A DNA stretch of 64,000 bases from positions 38,789-102,788 of the forward strand of contig DBFWLD010000061.1 of assembly GCA_048465615.1 (NCBI GenBank), written 5' to 3'. Within the stretch, counting starts at the first letter, position 1, and every line of letters begins with the position of its first letter. Shown here one piece after another: positions 60,444-64,000 of this stretch. Made by a program: the position numbers and the translations under genes. The notes beneath the pieces are model-generated. The model worked only from the letters and a program-made list of their open reading frames with translations. It did not search any database and was not told the DNA's origin. This stretch comes from Tannerellaceae bacterium (GTDB lineage: Bacteria > Bacteroidota > Bacteroidia > Bacteroidales > Tannerellaceae).

Positions 60444-62018
60444 TTATTCTTTATCCCGTTCCGGAGAGAAACGCACCGGGTCGCCATATTTTTCCTGCAA
60501 GGCCGTCAACTCGGTTTTCAGCCCGGCGGCCACGGAATCATAAGCCGGCCGGCCGTATAGATTTTGTAGTTCGTACGGATCGTTTTTGAGGTCGAAAAGT
60601 TCCCATTCGTCTATATCATTGTAAAAATGAATCAGTTTATAACGTTCGGTACGAATGCCGTAATGGCGTTTGACTTTATGCTCGGCGGGATATTCATAGA
60701 AATGATAATACAAGGCCGATCTCCAGCGGGCCGGATGTTCGCCTTTGAGCAGCGGCAACAAGGATACGCCGTGCATATCGCCGGGCACTTCAGCCCCGGC
60801 CAGTTCGAGAAAGGTAGGCGCATAATCGATATTCTGCACCATTTCCGCAATATCGCCCCGGCGGCTTAATCCTTCGGGCAAGCGCATAATCAGGGGCGTA
60901 CGCATCGATTCCTCATACATGAAACGTTTGTCGAACCATCCGTGTTCTCCCATATAGAATCCCTGGTCCGAGGTATAGACAACGAGCGTACGATCGAGCA
61001 AATTATGTTCTTTCAGGTAGTCGAGTATCCGGCCTACGTTATCATCGAGCGATTTCACGGTTTTCATATAATCCCGCATATAACGCTGGAATTTCCAGTT
61101 TGCCAGTTCCTCGCCTTGGGGATTTTTCTTATAAAAATCGTCGATGACCGGCCCGTAGAACGCATCCCAGGCCGCCCGCTGCGCCGTATCCATACGCCCC
61201 AGGAAATTCTCGTACAATGTTTTCAAACCCGATTCTTTATCCGGACGCAACATTTTGAGATCGTAAATCATATCCATATCCTTCACGATGCTCATCTGCT
61301 GGGCCGCAGCCGCCGGCCGGCCTTCGTAATCGTCGAAAAACGTGGCAGGCAGCGGGAATGTTTTGTCTTCGTACAAACCCAGATGACAGGTATCGGCCAT
61401 CCAGTTGCGATGAATCGCTTTGTGATGAATCAGCAAGCAGAAAGGTTTGTCTTTGTCGCGTTTATGCTCCAACCAATCGATCGCATCGTCTGTAATCAGA
61501 TTGGTAATATATCCCTGTTTCGACACCGTATCGTTGGTTTGCAGAATGAAATCGGGATTATAATAATGTCCCTGCCCGGGCACGATTTCCCAGTAATCGA
61601 ATCCGGCGGGCAGGCTTTCCAGATGCCATTTTCCTATCAGGGCGGTCTGGTAGCCCGCCTTCCGGAGCAATTTCGGGAAAGTCTGCTGCGCGCTGTCGAA
61701 CACACAGGTGGTATTATCGAAAAATTTATTCCCGCACGAATGTTTGCCGGTAATCAGACAAGCCCGGCTGGGCCCGCTCAGCGAGTTAGCAACGAAACTA
61801 TTGGTAAACCGGACACCGTCGGCAGCGATCCGATCCAGATTCGGCGTCTCCATATAACGCTTATCGTAGCAACTCATCATCTGCGCCGTATGATCGTCGG
61901 TCATGATGTATACGATATGGTAAGGTTGCCGCACTTCTTCCTTAGGATGGCAGGAAGAGGCCGTAACTCCCCATACTGCTATTCCGGCCACCGGATAAAA
62001 TAAATATCTGTTTTTCAT
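60444..62018 (-). CDS. Sulfatase (S1 family), Ser-type formylglycine motif
   Basis: Signal peptide. YIMTDDH is followed by the SGPSRACLITGK signature (S-x-P-S-R with Ser81, codon 61776-61778), and HLESLP...GKWH-type motifs. Confidence 0.88.
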   Translation of the reverse strand: MKNRYLFYPVAGIAVWGVTASSCHPKEEVRQPYHIVYIMTDDHTAQMMSCYDKRYMETPNLDRIAADGVRFTNSFVANSLSGPSRACLITGKHSCGNKFFDNTTCVFDSAQQTFPKLLRKAGYQTALIGKWHLESLPAGFDYWEIVPGQGHYYNPDFILQTNDTVSKQGYITNLITDDAIDWLEHKRDKDKPFCLLIHHKAIHRNWMADTCHLGLYEDKTFPLPATFFDDYEGRPAAAAQQMSIVKDMDMIYDLKMLRPDKESGLKTLYENFLGRMDTAQRAAWDAFYGPVIDDFYKKNPQGEELANWKFQRYMRDYMKTVKSLDDNVGRILDYLKEHNLLDRTLVVYTSDQGFYMGEHGWFDKRFMYEESMRTPLIMRLPEGLSRRGDIAEMVQNIDYAPTFLELAGAEVPGDMHGVSLLPLLKGEHPARWRSALYYHFYEYPAEHKVKRHYGIRTERYKLIHFYNDIDEWELFDLKNDPYELQNLYGRPAYDSVAAGLKTELTALQEKYGDPVRFSPERDKE

Positions 62019-62273
62019 ATATTGCTCAAACTATTTGTTAGGTTTACCTGAAAGGAGGCGGCAAAACATCTTCCCGATCTTGGCTTTGCGCCGGCAGAAC
62101 GGGCAAGTAAGCCAAAATAGCCGGAAAGCTTGTAAGACCCTATCCGCCGCTGCCCTCCCCGAAGCCGAACCCGGGGATTCCGGCGGATGTCTACCCACAA
62201 GCTTTCCGAAAACAGCCGCTCTATGGACGAAAATCCGTCACATTACAGAATTTAGCCGTTGTTTCTTTTCTTC

Positions 62274-64000
62274 TCAATAACCAAAATTATTATCTCCGTA
62301 ATTAATTCCCGGATTAGCTGCTATTTCGGCGTCGGGAACAGGCAATAACAAATTCTTTTTCAGGAAATCATCTCCCAACGTCCCGTTATTGAAGAAATTG
62401 TCGAGCCAAACATTCTTCGTGGCCGCGAACTCTTCTACACTGGCTTTGGTAATTTCGTGATTATTATGCAAAGCCAGCAACTTTTTCAGCATATCGGTAC
62501 CGCCTTGGCGGGTGACGTCGAACATGCTCGGCTCGCCCATCAGCTCGATAATGCGCTCGAAATACAATTTTTCCCGGATCTCTTCCTTCGACAGCTCATT
62601 CCCCCAATCCTTCGGTTCGGCAGCCGCCGGCGTAGCCGAATGGCGGGCACGCTTCAACACTTCGTTCGCCAGTTCGAGCGCTTTGCTTTTCTGATCCAAT
62701 TCATTATACACGTCGGCCATCATCAGCAGCATTTCGCCGTAGCGATACACCATCAGGTTCTTGTGCGAAGCCGTACCGACCTGATTCTGGTCGTAGAGTT
62801 TTCCGTACCACGGACGTTGTGTCTGGGATCCGGCCTTGGCAAAATTGTTTTCCAGGCATTTGCGGATAGCCTCGTTATAGTATGCGTCGGAGTTACCGCT
62901 ATAGTTTGCGAGGACGCTCACGCTCGGATTTTTCCGATCGGCAAACTTATCGTAAGGCAGTTTCGCTACGTATTTCTTCAGTTCCTTCGTCTTCTCTCCG
63001 TTCTTGTACACGTAGTCTTCATCGGCAGCCTTATCCTTAGGAACAGAATATGTCAGATAAGGATAAGTATAGGTAGAATCGTTCGGACACAACTGATCGC
63101 CCACCTGCGGTTTGGGATTAGCCTGGTTGTTTCCACCGCGGCTCCTGTACTGCGTTAAAAAGTTGACGGCCATGCGCGGATCGCCCGGATAACTCCCTTC
63201 GCACAAATCGTAAGCCGCCTTGCTCGACGAAAAGGTTCCCCACGAAATGCCCGTGGTGGAAGTGGGAGGAGAAAAACGATTGGCGGCGCGGTTGAAACAA
63301 ATCGTCGAGGAAGTGACAAAGTTGAACTGAATGATGGACTCTTTCGACTTCGTGACATTATCGGCAAACAAATCGGCATACTTGGGTTCGAGGCCATATA
63401 CACCGCTATTATAAACTTCGTCGAACATCGCCTTGGCATTGTTCAGGCTTTCCGTACGGTCGATGTCGAGCGTAGCCATTTTGTAATAGACCTTTCCTAA
63501 AAAGGCTTTGGCGGCCCAGGAATTGAACCGGCCCGACTGGGAGGATTCTTTTATCCGCATCGCTGCTTTCAGATCTTCAATGACAAAAGCCAGCACATCT
63601 TCCTTAGGATCGCGGGGCGCGGAAATACCGTCGGACGACGATGCCTTTACTTTCAACGGAACATCGCCGAACAACGTAACCAGGTTATAATAGGCCAAAG
63701 CTCGGAGAAACCGGGCCTCTCCACCCTTTTGTATTTTCACTTCATCGCTCGCCGCACTGCTTTCGAGCGATGCCAGAAAAGCGTTTACTTCGGAAACAAC
63801 CTTGTACATGCCGTTCCAGGCCATATTGATCTCGCTGTTATTCGGCACCATATTCAAAGATACCAAAGCGTCGGTTTCACTGGCATTATGCTGGTTCCAC
63901 GATAAGCCGGAAACGGCAATAGGCACTTCCTGCCACATCTGGCCGTAACCGTTGGAAGTAGTTATATACCCGTAACAGCCCAGCAAAGCCTGTTCGATAT
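62274..64000 (-). CDS. SusD/RagB-family nutrient-binding lipoprotein, N-terminus beyond the window end
   Basis: RFLRALAYYNLVTLFGDVPL, YRYGEMLLMMADVYNE, FERIIELMGE and LLLPVPDAEIAANP. The reading frame stays open upstream of the track's TTG start (..IEQALLGCYGY..) to nt 64000. Confidence 0.85.
   Translation of the reverse strand, partial: IEQALLGCYGYITTSNGYGQMWQEVPIAVSGLSWNQHNASETDALVSLNMVPNNSEINMAWNGMYKVVSEVNAFLASLESSAASDEVKIQKGGEARFLRALAYYNLVTLFGDVPLKVKASSSDGISAPRDPKEDVLAFVIEDLKAAMRIKESSQSGRFNSWAAKAFLGKVYYKMATLDIDRTESLNNAKAMFDEVYNSGVYGLEPKYADLFADNVTKSKESIIQFNFVTSSTICFNRAANRFSPPTSTTGISWGTFSSSKAAYDLCEGSYPGDPRMAVNFLTQYRSRGGNNQANPKPQVGDQLCPNDSTYTYPYLTYSVPKDKAADEDYVYKNGEKTKELKKYVAKLPYDKFADRKNPSVSVLANYSGNSDAYYNEAIRKCLENNFAKAGSQTQRPWYGKLYDQNQVGTASHKNLMVYRYGEMLLMMADVYNELDQKSKALELANEVLKRARHSATPAAAEPKDWGNELSKEEIREKLYFERIIELMGEPSMFDVTRQGGTDMLKKLLALHNNHEITKASVEEFAATKNVWLDNFFNNGTLGDDFLKKNLLLPVPDAEIAANPGINYGDNNFGY

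Overview
This 64-kb chromosomal segment comes from a Bacteroidota (Bacteroidales-like) genome and is roughly half core, half accessory. All calls come from manual reading of the translated ORFs, motifs and nucleotide sequence; no database search was possible.

**Core genes**
- The classic minus-strand block spans 32.2-46.8 kb: rpsU-xerC-hpf, then tRNA-Thr/Tyr/Gly/Thr-tuf, then tRNA-Trp-secE-nusG-rplKAJL-rpoBC.
- Other core genes are ilvA, phoH-purC-ubiE-aroE, mtnA, waaA, gltX and a 7TM-HD phosphohydrolase.

**Accessory content**
1. At the left edge, an orphan P-loop NTPase is translationally coupled to an unrecognisable partner ORF that runs off the window.
2. A Rob-like AraC/GyrI regulator lies divergent from an EfsQnr-like pentapeptide-repeat protein, with a 3 x 84-bp tandem repeat between them.
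3. A GNAT-rich stretch is followed by the uncharacterised radical-SAM plus partner 'DNA modification/repair' pair, a GNAT-YgbA fusion, a Pro2-less Fpg/Nei homologue and a macrodomain protein.
4. A decayed ECF-sigma/anti-sigma/SusC/SusD locus carries three independent lesions.
5. An apparently intact glycan-utilisation cluster, SusD-sulfatase (Ser-type)-GH20-GH2, sits at the right edge.

**Repeat families not explained by genes**
- A ~65-bp imperfect palindrome carries a complete Bacteroidetes -33/-7 promoter on one arm. There are six copies, three of them in tandem.
- A MITE-like element has ~21-bp terminal inverted repeats, present as one 200-bp copy and one 74-bp internally deleted copy.

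No rRNA, CRISPR array, transposase or prophage genes were seen.
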